A stretch of DNA of 64,000 bases from Eledone cirrhosa (GCA_964016885.1 CAXHJY010000264.1:248001-312000); one strand, 5' to 3'; positions 13,512-24,920 are shown, counted from the stretch's first letter. Program-made: numbers and translations. Notes: generated by a model not told the origin, from the letters alone.

Positions 13512-14717
13512 ACTGGCTTATTGGTTGGTTGGCTGGTTGATTGGTTGGGTGGTTGATGAGTTAGTTGATTGGTTGGTTGGTTGGTTGGTTAGTTGATTGG
13601 TTGGTTCATTGATTGGTTGGTTGATTGGTTGGTTGGCTAGTTAGTTTGTTGGCTGGTTAGTTGATTGGTTGCTTGGTTGATTGGTTGGGTGGTTATTTGG
13701 TTGGTTGGTTGGTTGGTTGGTTGATTGGTTGGGTGGGTGGTTGGTTGGTTGTTTGATAGGTTGGTTGATTGGTTGGCTAGTTGGTTAGTTGGTTGGTTTT
13801 GGTTGGTTGGTTTGTTTGTTGATTGGTAGGTTGGGTGGTTGTTTGGTTGGTTGGTTTGTTGGTTGTTTGTTGGTTGGTTGGCTAGGTGGTTGGTTGGTTG
13901 TTTGATAGGTTGGTTGATTGGTTGGTTGATTGGTTGGCTAGTTGTTTAGTTGGTTGGTTGGGTGGTTCGCTGATTGGTTGGTCGCTTGGCTGGTTGGTTG
14001 GTTAGTTGGTTGGTTGCTTTGTTGGTTGGTTGCTTGATTGGTTGGTTTGTTGGTTGGATGATTGGTTGGTTGGCTGGTTGGTTAGTTAGTTGGTTGGTTG
14101 ATTGAGTGGTTGGTTGGTTGATTGGTTGGTGGATTGGTTTGTTGGTTGGTTTGTTGGTTGGTTGATTGGCTGGTTGGTTGGTTAGTTGATTGGTTGGCTG
14201 GTTGGTTAGTTAGCTGGTTTGTTGGTTGGTTTGTTGGTTGGATGGTTGGTTTGTTGATTGCTTGGTTGGTTTGTTGGTTGGTTGATTGCTTGGTGGTTGA
14301 TTGGTTGGTTGGTTGGTTTCTTGGTTGGTTAATTGATTGGCTGGTTGGTTAGTTAGTTGGTTTGTTCATTGGTTGATTGGTTGGTTGGGTGGTTGCTTGG
14401 TTGATTGGTTAGTTTGTTGGTTGATTGGTTGGTTGATTGGCTGGCTGGTTAGTTGGTTGATTGGTTAGCTGGTTGATTGGTTCGTTGATTGGCTGGTTGG
14501 TTGGTCGATTGGTTGTTTGATTGGTTAGCTGGTTGATTGGTTCGTTGATTGGCTGGTTGGTTGGCTGGTTGGTCGATTGGTTGGTTGATTGGTTGGTTGA
14601 TTGGCTGGTTGATTGGCTGGTTCGTTGACTGGTTTGTTGGTTGATTGGCTGGTTGGTCGATTGGTTGGTTGATTGGTTAGTTTGTTGGTTGATTGGTTGG
14701 CTTGTTGGTTGGTTGAT
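13512..14717. repeat. Degenerate (TTGG)n tetranucleotide microsatellite, about 1.2 kb
   Basis: TTGG units with TTGA, CTGG and TTAG variants. There is a 60-bp internal duplication starting at 14461 and 14521. Confidence 0.97.
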
Positions 14718-14729
14718 TTTATCTCAATC

Positions 14730-14870
14730 CCATCCTCCATGTCATCCTCACTGCTATCATTTCCACCACCACCATCAGCATCTTGTTCTTCTACCCTTAT
14801 ATATTATCCCCATTATCATCACCATCACAACCACCACAACTACCGCTATCATCATCATCACCATCATCAT
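14730..14870. repeat. Degenerate (CAT/CAC)n trinucleotide tract
   Basis: Runs such as catcatcatcaccatcatcat and ccaccaccaccatc. Confidence 0.8.
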
Positions 14871-14976
14871 TTTTATATTTTCTTTTCATTGGTTTAACAA
14901 AATCTCTTTCACGGCAAGTTTATTTTTCTACACCCAGATGTTATTATTGATTCCAACCCATACCTTATTCTATGTT

Positions 14977-15017
<41 letters not shown>

Positions 15018-15203
15018 CGCTGGCATTTGTCAGACTTCAAGATGTATTGTTTATGGAGGACATAAACAAATGTCGCAATAGATTTTATAAACAGTGTCAA
15101 TATAACATTTATAGCAACTGGTATATACATATAGACACACACACCCAAACACTCATACATTTACACACATATGTATATATATATGTATAGATATATATAT
15201 TGA

Positions 15204-15400
15204 TATACTTTGGGAGGGTCATGTTGCCAATAAGAAACACACACACCAGTTGCTTTCACCCCAATTTATTATAAATTTCCAGTTGGTTGGTTCCATAACC
15301 GGATGGTTGTTCATATATTGTTAAATTTCTTTCGTCACACATTCTGTGAACTCTTCAGTGACTGGGGATTCTTTTCTTTGTTTTTGTGCCTCTCCTTTGT
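15204..15400 (-). mobile_element. Solo PLE pseudo-LTR remnant with a hammerhead-like core
   Basis: The minus strand reads CTGAAGA-GTTCACAGAATGTGTGAC-GAAA (15358-15330). It ends in atgaccctcccaaagtata, nearly identical to the PLE terminus atgaccctccccaagtata at 34861-34879. Confidence 0.6.
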
Positions 15401-15461
15401 TCTGTCCTACGCCATCAAACCAAGATGGCATAGGACAGACCAAAGGATAGGCACAAACTAT

Positions 15462-15798
15462 GGAGGCACATGGCTTAGTGGTTAGAGCATTGGCCTGGCA
15501 ATCGAAAGGTTGTGAGTTCAATTCTCAGACCGGGTGATGTGTTGTTACCTTGAGCAAGACACTTTATTTCACATTGCTCCAGTTTACTCAGCTGTAGAAT
15601 TGAGATGATAGGGACTGGGGTCCCTATCATTCCACTGTAAAGTGGTCGTGGAGGTGCCACGGCAAAAAAGCACCCAGCACTCACTGTAAATGAGGTTAGT
15701 GTTAGGAAGGGCATCCAGCTATAGAATTCAAGCCAGAATCAGTTCCCGTCCCACCCTTGCAAGCAGGGAAAAGTGGACGTAAAATGAAATGATGATGA
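15462..15798 (+). mobile_element. tRNA-derived CORE-type SINE with an RTE-derived 3' tail
   Basis: A box TGGCTTAGTGG (15471), B box GAGTTCAATTC (15514) and CORE-like gttaccttgagcaagacactt. The 3' part matches the RTE 3' UTR at 36837-36987 and ends in tggacgtaaaatg plus (GAT)n. Confidence 0.85.
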
Positions 15799-15811
15799 TA
15801 TATATATATAT

Positions 15812-16247
15812 ATATAATTAAAATATCGGAGACCATATTCAGTTGATTCCGGGTTATTTAAAACTCTGTTATACATATTTCACTGAGGACTATCAGTTAT
15901 GAGAGCCTGAGCTCTTCAGATGGTAAAACCTATAAAAACTTGAAAATATTGAAAGTTCCCCACAAAAAAAAACCTTTAAATTTGAAGAAAATTAATAACC
16001 TTCTTCAATGGCCGGCTGCCGAAGAAACAACATGTTTGGACAGGCCTCCATATCAAGAAAAAGAAAATCTTTGGTGAGGAAGTTATTGAATTTGTTTCAA
16101 ATTTAAATGTTTTCAAGTTTTTATAGGTTTTGCTGTCTGAAGAGCTCAGGCTCTCATAACTGATAGTCCCCAGTGAAATATGTATAACAGAGTTTTAAAT
16201 AAACCTGAATCAACTGAATATGGCCTGTGATCTTTTATTAATATATA
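15812..16247. repeat. Foldback element with inverted arms of about 120-140 bp, each containing a hammerhead-like core
   Basis: 15833-15951 is the reverse complement of about 16103-16223. CTGAAGA...GAAA lies at 16137-16178 (+) and 15919-15878 (-). The element is bounded by (TA)n. Confidence 0.9.
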
Positions 16248-16494
16248 AGGCTCTGACTTGCAACATTTATACAGGTCGTTAAGAGATTCTTTTTATCTGC
16301 TTCACAGCTGAACCATAATGTGGTCTGTACATTCCTGTTTGGTTAACTCTATAATCTAGCTCTCTCTATATATATATAGAAGACCCACCTTCCCATGGAC
16401 ACAGGCTGAAGCTGAAGCATATATATATATAGTATGCACCACTCATACCCCACCTCACCCTCCCATAAGGACAGGCTGGAGCATACATTTAGTG

Positions 16495-16730
16495 AAGCCT
16501 GCAGTCCACACTATAAAGTGGTCATGTGGGTGTCATGACAAAAAGTACCCAGTACTCACTGTAAATGAGGTTGGTCTTAAGAAGGACATCCAGCTGTAGA
16601 CATCAAGCCCAAATCAGTTCTGAATGAGCAAGACATGGTCACCTGACCTAGCATTGCCCACAACAGGACAACCTGTCTAACCCATGCTAGTGTGGAAGAA
16701 TTGACGTAAAATGGTGATGATCATGATGAA
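16495..16730 (+). mobile_element. RTE LINE 3' UTR fragment
   Basis: Similar to 36850-37100 (cccagtactcactgtaaatgaggttgg...catccagctgtaga...gtctaacccatgctag...gacgtaaaatggtgatg). Confidence 0.8.
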
Positions 16731-16734
16731 ACAT

Positions 16735-17120
16735 ATTCCCACTGTGACAGGACTTCGAGAAAGTGTGGGATTATTGCCATGAGGTGTATTCTTGTTTTGT
16801 AGACCTTAAAAAGGCATCTGATCATATCCTACCAGACGTGTTGTGGAAGGTTCTGGAGGTGTATGGGAGAGATAGCCAGATTCTTGTTGCCCTGGTGTCT
16901 TTTTATGAATGCCCAAGTATTTGCGTTGAGATAAATGGTGCTAAGAGGAAACCATTCAAAGTAGGTGTCTGACTCCGCCAAGGGTGTGTACTGTCACCTC
17001 CCCTGTTCATAATCTTCATCAACAGGATTGACATGCTAAGCCAGGTTAGAAGTGATATTGAGACTGGTGGGTGTAGGATCAGTCGGCTGGAATTTGTGGA
17101 CAACATGATACTTGTGTATG
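16735..17120 (+). pseudogene. Decayed non-LTR reverse transcriptase fragment (RTE-like)
   Basis: Translates to CFVDLKKASD...VGV*LRQGCVLSPPLFIIFI...LEFVDNM, which are RT motifs, with an in-frame stop. Confidence 0.8.
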
Positions 17121-17214
17121 ACCCTATATATATATAGTAATAATGAATACAAAGACCAAAATCCAAAGAAGACTCAATAAGGGTTGTATATATAAACCTG
17201 TAGAGCAAATATTA

Positions 17215-17334
17215 TTACGATCTGAGTTCAAATCCTGCCAAGGTTAACTTTGCCTTTCATCCTTACGGGGTCGATAAAATAAAGTACCAGTAATACACTG
17301 GATAATTGCTGGCCTTGTGCCTAAAATAGAAACA
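17215..17334 (+). mobile_element. SINE fragment of a second family
   Basis: B box GAGTTCAAATCC followed by actttgcctttcatccttacggggtcgataaaataaagtaccag. A related motif lies on the minus strand near 42240. Confidence 0.55.
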
Positions 17335-17457
17335 ATTATTAGTACAGACTAAATTTTAAGCAAACAATTTCTGCTTTCACCCTCTCATGTTTCAGATGAT
17401 CCTGTTTAGGGTGAAAGCCAAAAATTGTTTGCTAAAATTTTAATCTGTACTAATAAT
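17335..17457. repeat. Hairpin with arms of about 50 bp and a 24-nt loop, containing a decayed hammerhead-like core
   Basis: 17335-17383 is the reverse complement of 17408-17457 with few mismatches. CAGATGA-TCCT-GTTT-AGGG-T-GAAA lies at 17393-17416. Confidence 0.85.
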
Positions 17458-18839
17458 GAATATATATATATTTAGCAGCAATATTTAGTTTGGGGTGCTG
17501 GTAGCCATTTTGGTGGTTATATGGTTGTTGCAGTTGTCATTGAGTTATAGTGTTTTGTGGTGGGCTATAAGAGCAATAGAGTGGACACCAAGGCAGTGGA
17601 GAAGAACTGACCCAATATCTTGGCCCCACATACCCAATATGGCCAGAGATAGGAAGTAGTGGAGGTCAACCAAGGTGGGGTTCCTCCAACAGGAGTGAGA
17701 AGACCCTGGATTTTCATATATATATATCATTTTTAAAAAGTACATGAAATATATCCATACAAATAAGGAGCAGAATTTGTTGAGCGGTCGGACTGCTATT
17801 TCTATTGGACAAGAACCCTTTCATGTCGTTGCGTTCACTAAATTCATATATTGATACCATGTGTGCTTAACCACTTTCAACCCTGTATTGCAGAGATTAG
17901 ATGATTTTGGAATTCCCTCACTGACGATCTGTTTCAAAATATCTAATTTCACCGTTATTTTGTGAAAATGAAAATTCTGTGGAGAATACATAGGAGGGAA
18001 ATATATTGATCGTTATCAGGTATTTTGTTTTAATTTTTTTAATTAAATTTAATAAGATACTCAACGAATTATGTAATCTTACTTTCAGTGTAGATTGTCC
18101 CTAGTTTCAAGTTTTGATATGTCTTAATACACACTTAAGGAGGTACTCACTCTTCATACTCCTGGAGATGAGGGTTGCACATTTTTTCAGGGGTATGTGT
18201 TACCCATATGTAATGTCTCCCCCTATTGGGGAAAATCGATTAATTTTTAAATTGCATTTGTGATAGTATTTTACACGTTTTTATTGTATGTAAACTTCCC
18301 CCTTTGTATTTGTCCCCTTCTTTTGTGCCCCATGGCTAATAAAGAAACATATCTATGTATGAATATATTTCATTCACTTTTTATAATGATTAAGGCTCGA
18401 TTTTATTCTCTCAATTCTATCTTCAGCTGTCTTTTGAGACAAGACATATGTTTGATTTTGTATGATTCATGACATCCTTTATTTTGAATGTAATAATAAT
18501 ACTTATATCTGACTAATAAAAAAATGTTTAATCATCCCTATCTATAGATATCTTCTGCATTTGGTGTAACATACATAAAACTTATAAAATGGTATAATAA
18601 TATATCTCTCTAAACCCATGGTCGTATTATCATATAAATATTGGTTGTGTATAGGAGCCACTACAATGAGATGATGTGAGTCCCCACTGGATTTTCGTCT
18701 TTTGATGTTTATAATTATTAAATAAAGAAATGACTACATACAGATGAACATGACATGGTCTCTGTACCTGTCTCATGACAACCTGTCTAACCCCTGCAAA
18801 TGTGGAAAATGGGTGTTAAATGATGATGATATTAATATT

Positions 18840-18872
<33 letters not shown>

Positions 18873-18874
18873 TA

Positions 18875-20052
18875 ATTTTACGTCCGCTTTTCCCTGCTTG
18901 CAAGGGTGGGACAGGTCCTATTCAGCACAGCATCTCTCCACGAGTTTCAGCGATCTGAGGTCTGCTCTCACCACCTCCGCCCATGTTTTTTGTGGTCTTC
19001 CTTCTACTGGGATTTCTTGGCACTTCTTTACCCAGAGGTCATCCTCCATGCGCATCACATGTCCATACCACGCAGTCTTCTCTCCCACACACTACAGCCT
19101 ATCCCTCTTATACAGTTTCTCTCTCAACACATCACATGTCCATACCACGCAGTCTTCTCTCCCACACACCACAACTTATCCCTCTTATACAGTTTCTCTC
19201 TCAACCCATCTATGCTTGGTCGTTCACGCATATTGACATTGCTTGCACATCTATCAGAGCATGCTTGCTTCATTTCTCTCCAGCCGTCGCATATCCTCTG
19301 CAATTGCTGCCCATGTCTCACTACCATGCATCTCACACAGGCATCATATAACCAGCCTTTCGTATGCAGAGGAAGCATCTCCCTAAACTTCTTCCAACCC
19401 GTCCTTATTCTAGATACTATGGCCTCGGAACACCCTCATCCCATGCTAATCCGATCTCCTTGGTACCGGAAGCTATCCACCACTTCTATAGCACCCGCCT
19501 GCATTTGAAAAATGTGTCTATCAATGCGACTTCTACTGTCTAATTTCCCTGTACATCTACTGCATACATATTTCTCCCTACCTGTTAGTTTGCCTGCTAT
19601 CCCGCTACATCTCTTGTGTACCCAGGATCTGCATTGTGTGCATTTTATAGAATTTATGCCAGTTCCTTTTCTGCATATGGAACATGGCCATTTCCCTGAC
19701 GGAATCAGGGTTTTGTCCTCTTTTCTACTCATCAACACTTTTGTCTTAGCGAGGTTCACTCTCAGTCCTCTTGTTTCCAACAGCTGTTTCCATAGTCGGA
19801 ATTTCTTCTCTAGCTCCTCTACTGATTCTGCTATAAGAACCAGATCGTCAGCGCAGAGAAGTTCCCATGGACAGCCAGTCTTAAACTCCTCTGTTATGGC
19901 TTGGAGGACTATAATGAACAAAAGGGGGCTGAGGACCGAACTCTGATGGACTCCTACTTGTATCTGGAATTCCTCACTAAACTCCATTCCTACCCTGACT
20001 TTACTGACAGCACCCCTGTACATAGCTTGCACTGTCCTCACAAGCCATTCCT
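18875..20052 (-). mobile_element. 5'-truncated, degenerate RTE LINE (RT C-terminal half, PHD-like finger and 3' end)
   Basis: ORF 19436-20041 (HQSSVLSPLLF, LLCADDLVL, WPCSICRKG...CTQCRSWVHKRC...CSRC) is homologous to the 34906-36792 ORF. It has frameshifts and an internal 77-bp duplication. Its 3' end matches 23990-24021. Confidence 0.92.
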
Positions 20053-20149
20053 CAACACCTAGTTATGTGTGTGAGTGTGTGTGTGCATGCAGGAATACTT
20101 AAGGCCTGGTGAAATATAATAAATAGTTGACAACTGAACCTTGATGGAC

Positions 20150-20285
20150 ACAACTGCAGAGACTCTTGCAGTAACCAACGTAAAATGGAGCGAATCATGC
20201 GTGGCATTACCTTACATGATAGGAAGAGCAACACCTAGATTTGACAGAAGACTGGAGTGAAGGACATAATGAAGACCATCAAGAA
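20150..20285 (+). pseudogene. Short RTE-clade ORF C-terminal relic of a different family
   Basis: Translates to QRKMERIMRGITLHDRKSNT*I*QKTGVKDIM, resembling the RTE post-RT region. Confidence 0.6.
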
Positions 20286-20741
20286 GCTTTTTTAACTGAA
20301 GAAAGGTCTTGTACATATATAAACATACACAGTTTTGGGGTTGGGAATTGAGATATGGTGGAGCACGGACTATTACATAATGGGGTTATAGTCACTGCAG
20401 ATAATAATAGCTTTATTATATAGAAACTACGTAATATGACAGTTACAGCTTGATAACGTCTGTCTTCCCAATTTTGGAGGGCGGGTAGCAGGTTGGTTTG
20501 GCAGAAGTCATGAGTGCAGGTTGGCGTTCAGTTTAGGGTGTCTGCTAGGTGGACTGATTGGAGCAATGGCGGTCTTATTTACACATATATACTACACTCC
20601 CACTGTCACTATTTGTAAGATTTTATGACCAACATTCACAATCCAATCAAACCTCTCTTAACTTTAACAATGAAAATATCAATCATGTGATACACTACAA
20701 CAATAACAACTATTTCAAATACAAAAGGAGCAAGAGTGGCG

Positions 20742-20842
20742 CCACCACCACCAGAACTACCACCACTACCAGAACCACCACCACCACCAGAACTACCAAC
20801 ATCACCACCACCACCACCACCACCACCAGAACTACCACCACA
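20742..20842. repeat. (ACC)n microsatellite with periodic AGAACT interruptions
   Basis: Read directly from the sequence. Confidence 0.85.
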
Positions 20843-21152
20843 ATGAACAATAATAAAAACAAGAGTTGATATAGATGTAAGATAACTTTATTTTGATGTA
20901 TTTATTGAGAAAAAAATTTAGTACAAAAAAGAAAAATGGTCGGGAGACATTAACTAATTAATTAAAAAAGATTGTAAAGTCTTTTAAATAAAAATATGAA
21001 AAAAGTTGTTTGTTTCAATAAATAATCAAAAATTTTCATCTGAAGAATTTACATTCAGAATATGAATACACAAACCCTCAGGGGTGGTTTTATATATATA
21101 TATATTTTTTATAAAAACCCATTTCTCAAAAAATTAACCTATATATATACTT

Positions 21153-21212
<60 letters not shown>

Positions 21213-21335
21213 TCACACACATATTTATATATATATTTACACACAGATATATATTCTTTGGATATAAAGCTTTATCTTTGTAAGAAATTGTATTTATGTA
21301 CGACAAGTCTTATTTTTAATTCATACAATATACAT

Positions 21336-21445
21336 GTGTGTGTGTGTGTGTGTGACTTGAGAGACTGTGTCTGTTTGATGTGTGTCTGTGTGTGACTTGA
21401 GAGACTGTGTCTGTGTGTGTGACTTGAGAGACTGTCTGTTTGATG
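21336..21445. repeat. Short tandem repeat (gtgtgtgacttgagagactgt, three copies) seeded on (TG)n
   Basis: Three copies of tgacttgagagactgt. Confidence 0.8.
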
Positions 21446-21624
21446 TCTAGCAAATATACTCACCTGATTGCCGTGGCTTGTAGCAGAACCTAACTACTGA
21501 CTGCTACAGCCTCATGTCAACTGAGTGACCAGCAGAGTTACAGGGTGTCCACAGAGTGGGCTTGGGTTTCATCACAGTTATTTTAGCCTGTGTTTTCTAG
21601 CCACAGATTAAGTTTTAAAAAGTC

Positions 21625-21893
21625 TAAAGTCTGTCTTCAGCACTGAGGCTCATCAGGCTAGTGCTTATCCTGGTTTCCATGGTATTAAGCAACTGAGAGT
21701 ACATGACTCCTCCTGGTCAGGATGCCAGACGATTACAGGGTTAAACCCCAGATACTCATTTTAAGTAGAGTGTACTGAAGTAATGTGAAATGAAGTGTTT
21801 TGCTCAAGAACAAAACACACAACCAGTCTAGGAATTGAACCCACAACATTATGATATAAGTCCAACACCCTTACCACTAATCCATGTGTCTCC
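21625..21893 (-). mobile_element. CORE-type tRNA SINE, decayed
   Basis: The minus strand gives ggagacacatggattagtggtaag...gggttcaattcc...gttcttgagcaaaacacttcatttcacatt, the same head and CORE as 15462. Confidence 0.75.
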
Positions 21894-22729
21894 AACTCAT
21901 TAACTCCTGTGATAATTTCACTACATTACTTCCTGGTTCAGATTGCTGAGAAAACAATTACTGAAAACAAGAAGGGGTAGCGAAAGTGAGGACTTAGTGC
22001 TGCTTACGTATGGGTTGAATCTTTGGGATGAAGATTTTTGCTGGCTGAAAACTGAGATATGGAGCATGGCATTTGCTCTACATAGTTTTGATTGCCAAGT
22101 TGTGGCTATATATATATTTGATTTGGGAGAGTTGGAGCTAATTTAAAATTTAGTCGTGGCCCTGTGCGTGCAACTGCATTAGCAAAATTATCTGCAATAT
22201 GCAGTGTTGTGAATCGAATGGATTTGAACATTTATAGCCATTCCTGCGACAATTTCGCTACATATCTATAACAAAAGGAAAAAAAAAAAAAAAAATCATG
22301 CATGCTTGTCTTTGTGTGTATATATGATTATTAGCCATACACATAAGTATATATAAATTATATATACACACACACACACACACACATACACTATGCGATT
22401 GTACATCTAAACATGCACACAGAATTCAAAGGTAAGGCAGTTTTAGATCCTTTTGGTGTGTGTGTGTGTGTGTGTGAGCATATGTGTGTGTAGTATGTTT
22501 GTTGTTGTTCTTTAGTCACAGGTCACGTGTTAAAGTAAACATATATCAAAGACATTCAAGATATGACCATCCATCCTGTATTCTTATGCGTATGGAGAAC
22601 TTACATTATCTAATGTATCATTCTCTTTTCTTTTTAACATGATAGTCTTTTATTTGAGGGAGGTTTTTCTGTTATTTCTAGCAGATTGAGTGACCATGTG
22701 ACAGCCTCCTATGTGTGTGTTCATAGCAA

Positions 22730-22924
22730 ATTGAAGTCTATTCCAAGCTGAGCGACACATCAGGCAAGAGGTTATTCCGGTTTCATTGGTGAGAGTACAA
22801 GACTCCCTCACAAGTTTAGCTCCCAGATAATGGTGCTAGTATTCATATACTGCCTGCTCCAGGAATCAAAGACAACATTATGGATGTGAGTCCAACACTC
22901 TAACCATTAGACCATACACCTTCA
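22730..22924 (-). mobile_element. Strongly decayed SINE copy
   Basis: Shares ggtttc...gagtacaagactcc and gagtccaacactctaacca segments with 21625-21893. Confidence 0.5.
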
Positions 22925-23129
22925 ATTACAAATTTAACTAAACAAACGATCATTAATCAATTTTCATATTAGAATTAATTTTACACAAGTCAATGAAAGA
23001 CTCTGTAATTGGTCACTTAATCTGCTAGAAATAATAGCTAAATCTTCCCTCACAAATTACAGTCTTAAAAATATAAGTAAAGGAGACATTAAACAATGTG
23101 ATTTTTGTTAGAGAAAGGCTTGCTGAAAA

Positions 23130-23320
23130 TAGAAAGAAATTCGCCAAAACTACACCTGATGTACCCCTTCCATACACATGCACACATGTGTATGTCATGA
23201 CTCATGCACTGTTTATTTTCCTGATGTTTGTACATTACCCTATGTACTATACATACACTTTTTGATGAGTTGTAGTGTACCTGAGCACTGTACACAATAT
23301 TTTCATTATTATCATTATTA
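23130..23320 (+). mobile_element. CR1-type LINE 3'-terminal fragment
   Basis: Homologous to 27380-27555 (ccatacacat...gttgtagtg(t/c)acctgagcact...cacaata...ttcattatt). Confidence 0.75.
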
Positions 23321-23857
23321 TAAAACAAAAAATAACAATGCAGGAAGGTCAGAAAAGTGCTAGAACAAATTTAGGACTAGGTTTTGTTCATTCAGAGCTG
23401 ACCTGTGGCTAAACATCAACATGATCTATGAAAATATTTGTATAAAGAAATAGAGTATTAAAATCAAAATATAAATAAAGCTGTGTGCAATTTAAAAACA
23501 AAATGTTTGTTGCAGTGATCTTGCAAAATTATTATTTCTTTTTTCTTGCTTTTTTATTGAAGAGCTTAATATTGGAAGCTATTTAAAAAAAAAAAAAAGA
23601 ATTATACAAAATATATAAATATTCCCGCTGATGACTTCATCAAGTTATACACTGCCTCCCCACAAAGAAAATCATATTTGAAAAAGTAGCACAAATAAAT
23701 TTTAAGCATTTTTTTTTTTGTTTTAAATACATAGAAAAACATCATTTTTGTTTTATATAATTATATATATATATATTTATACACACTCATATATATATAT
23801 ATACACACGCACATATATATATATATACATGCACACACACACATATTTATATATACA

Positions 23858-24037
23858 CAGACGCAGAAGAGGAAGACCACAAAAAACATGGGCAGAGGTG
23901 GTGAGAGCAGACCTCAGATCGCTGAAGCTCACCGGGGAGATGACGAAAGACCGTGACAAGTGGAGAGATGCTGTGCTGAATAAGACCCATCCCACCCTTG
24001 CAAGCAGGGAAAAGTGGACGTATGATGATGATGATGA
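23858..24037 (+). mobile_element. Short 5'-truncated RTE 3' end
   Basis: RRRGRPQKTWAEVVRADL...DRDKWRDAV followed by cccacccttgcaagcagggaaaagtggacgta(tga)n. Same family as 18875-20052. Confidence 0.85.
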
Positions 24038-24694
24038 CATATATAATTTTTGCTTCGAAATTTATTTTAAAATAATTTTATTTAGCTTTTAAATACATTC
24101 TGTTGAAATTTAAATTCAATTTGATTCCTTTTGGCTGACTTGAAGATACATTTCCTATGAAATTAAGGAACAGGGTGGAAGGAAAACTATTTTTACTGTA
24201 CAAAGTTGAAGTAGTTCAAGGAAGAGTCTAGGGGTGGGGATTGTCAGATAATTTTGCAATGAAATTGTTTGCCCAAGCAAAGCTAAAAAAATGGGGGTAG
24301 TAGTGGATTTGCATATGATGTAAGGGGTTTGCAGCCCAGCACCTTATAGTCTGTGGGTGGGGGTGCCCCATCCTGTTTTAAATACCATTAAAATATAGCT
24401 ATAGATATTTACAATATCATAATTGTTACTAAATATATTTCTGTTGATTTAGATGTCATCTCTGTTTTAAAGGTCATAGATTGATGTTGGAATCTTAGCA
24501 TTGTTCTATGTAGGCTTACTTTAATGTACTTTTAATTTGTATTAAGTTTTAGTCATAGGTCTCTATTTGCTTTAATCTATCATGGAGTAAGGTCATTTGT
24601 GACAAAATACAGTTATTAAAATAAATATATTAAAACAACAGATTCCTACAGGTACCACCCCCTTCCTATAAAGGGCTAATTTACCAGACTTACT

Positions 24695-24920
24695 TATCAT
24701 GTGGTTAGAATGTCTCAGGAAAGAATTGCTGGACAGATTTTACGGGCAAAACCAACTGGCAGGAGACCCAGGGGTAGACCCTGAGCAAGATGGTTGGATA
24801 ACATCCATGAGCTTGGCTGGTCATGCTTTAGGATCCAGCTGGATCAGGAGACGGTTGCTTCTGACCTGCTGGAAGGTGTGTTTAAAGACTCTCCACCCAT
24901 GACCCAAGTGGGCGAAGAAG
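24695..24920 (+). mobile_element. Decayed RTE-like 3' fragment of a third family
   Basis: Contains AKPTGRRPRGRP*ARWLDNI. Homologous to the minus-strand copy at 41085-41305. Confidence 0.65.

Noticed and set aside
15038-15080. Hairpin ttgtttatg-gagga-cataaacaa flanked by ttcaaga and gcaa as another hammerhead
   Set aside because: Both core boxes need multiple changes, so it cannot be supported from this copy.
14122-15190. WLVG-, NQPT- and YI-repeat ORFs
   Set aside because: These are translations of (TTGG)n, (CAT)n and (TA)n.
15462-15535. tRNA gene
   Set aside because: A and B boxes are present, but the sequence continues into CORE and LINE-tail sequence with no proper acceptor stem, so it is a SINE head.
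21455-21590. Minus-strand donor CAG|GTGAGT near 21463 as a possible exon
   Set aside because: There is no matching pyrimidine-rich acceptor and no recognisable peptide.
22148-22295. Relatively CpG-rich segment followed by poly(A), a possible ncRNA or retrocopy
   Set aside because: I could not identify a known RNA motif, stable fold or TSD.
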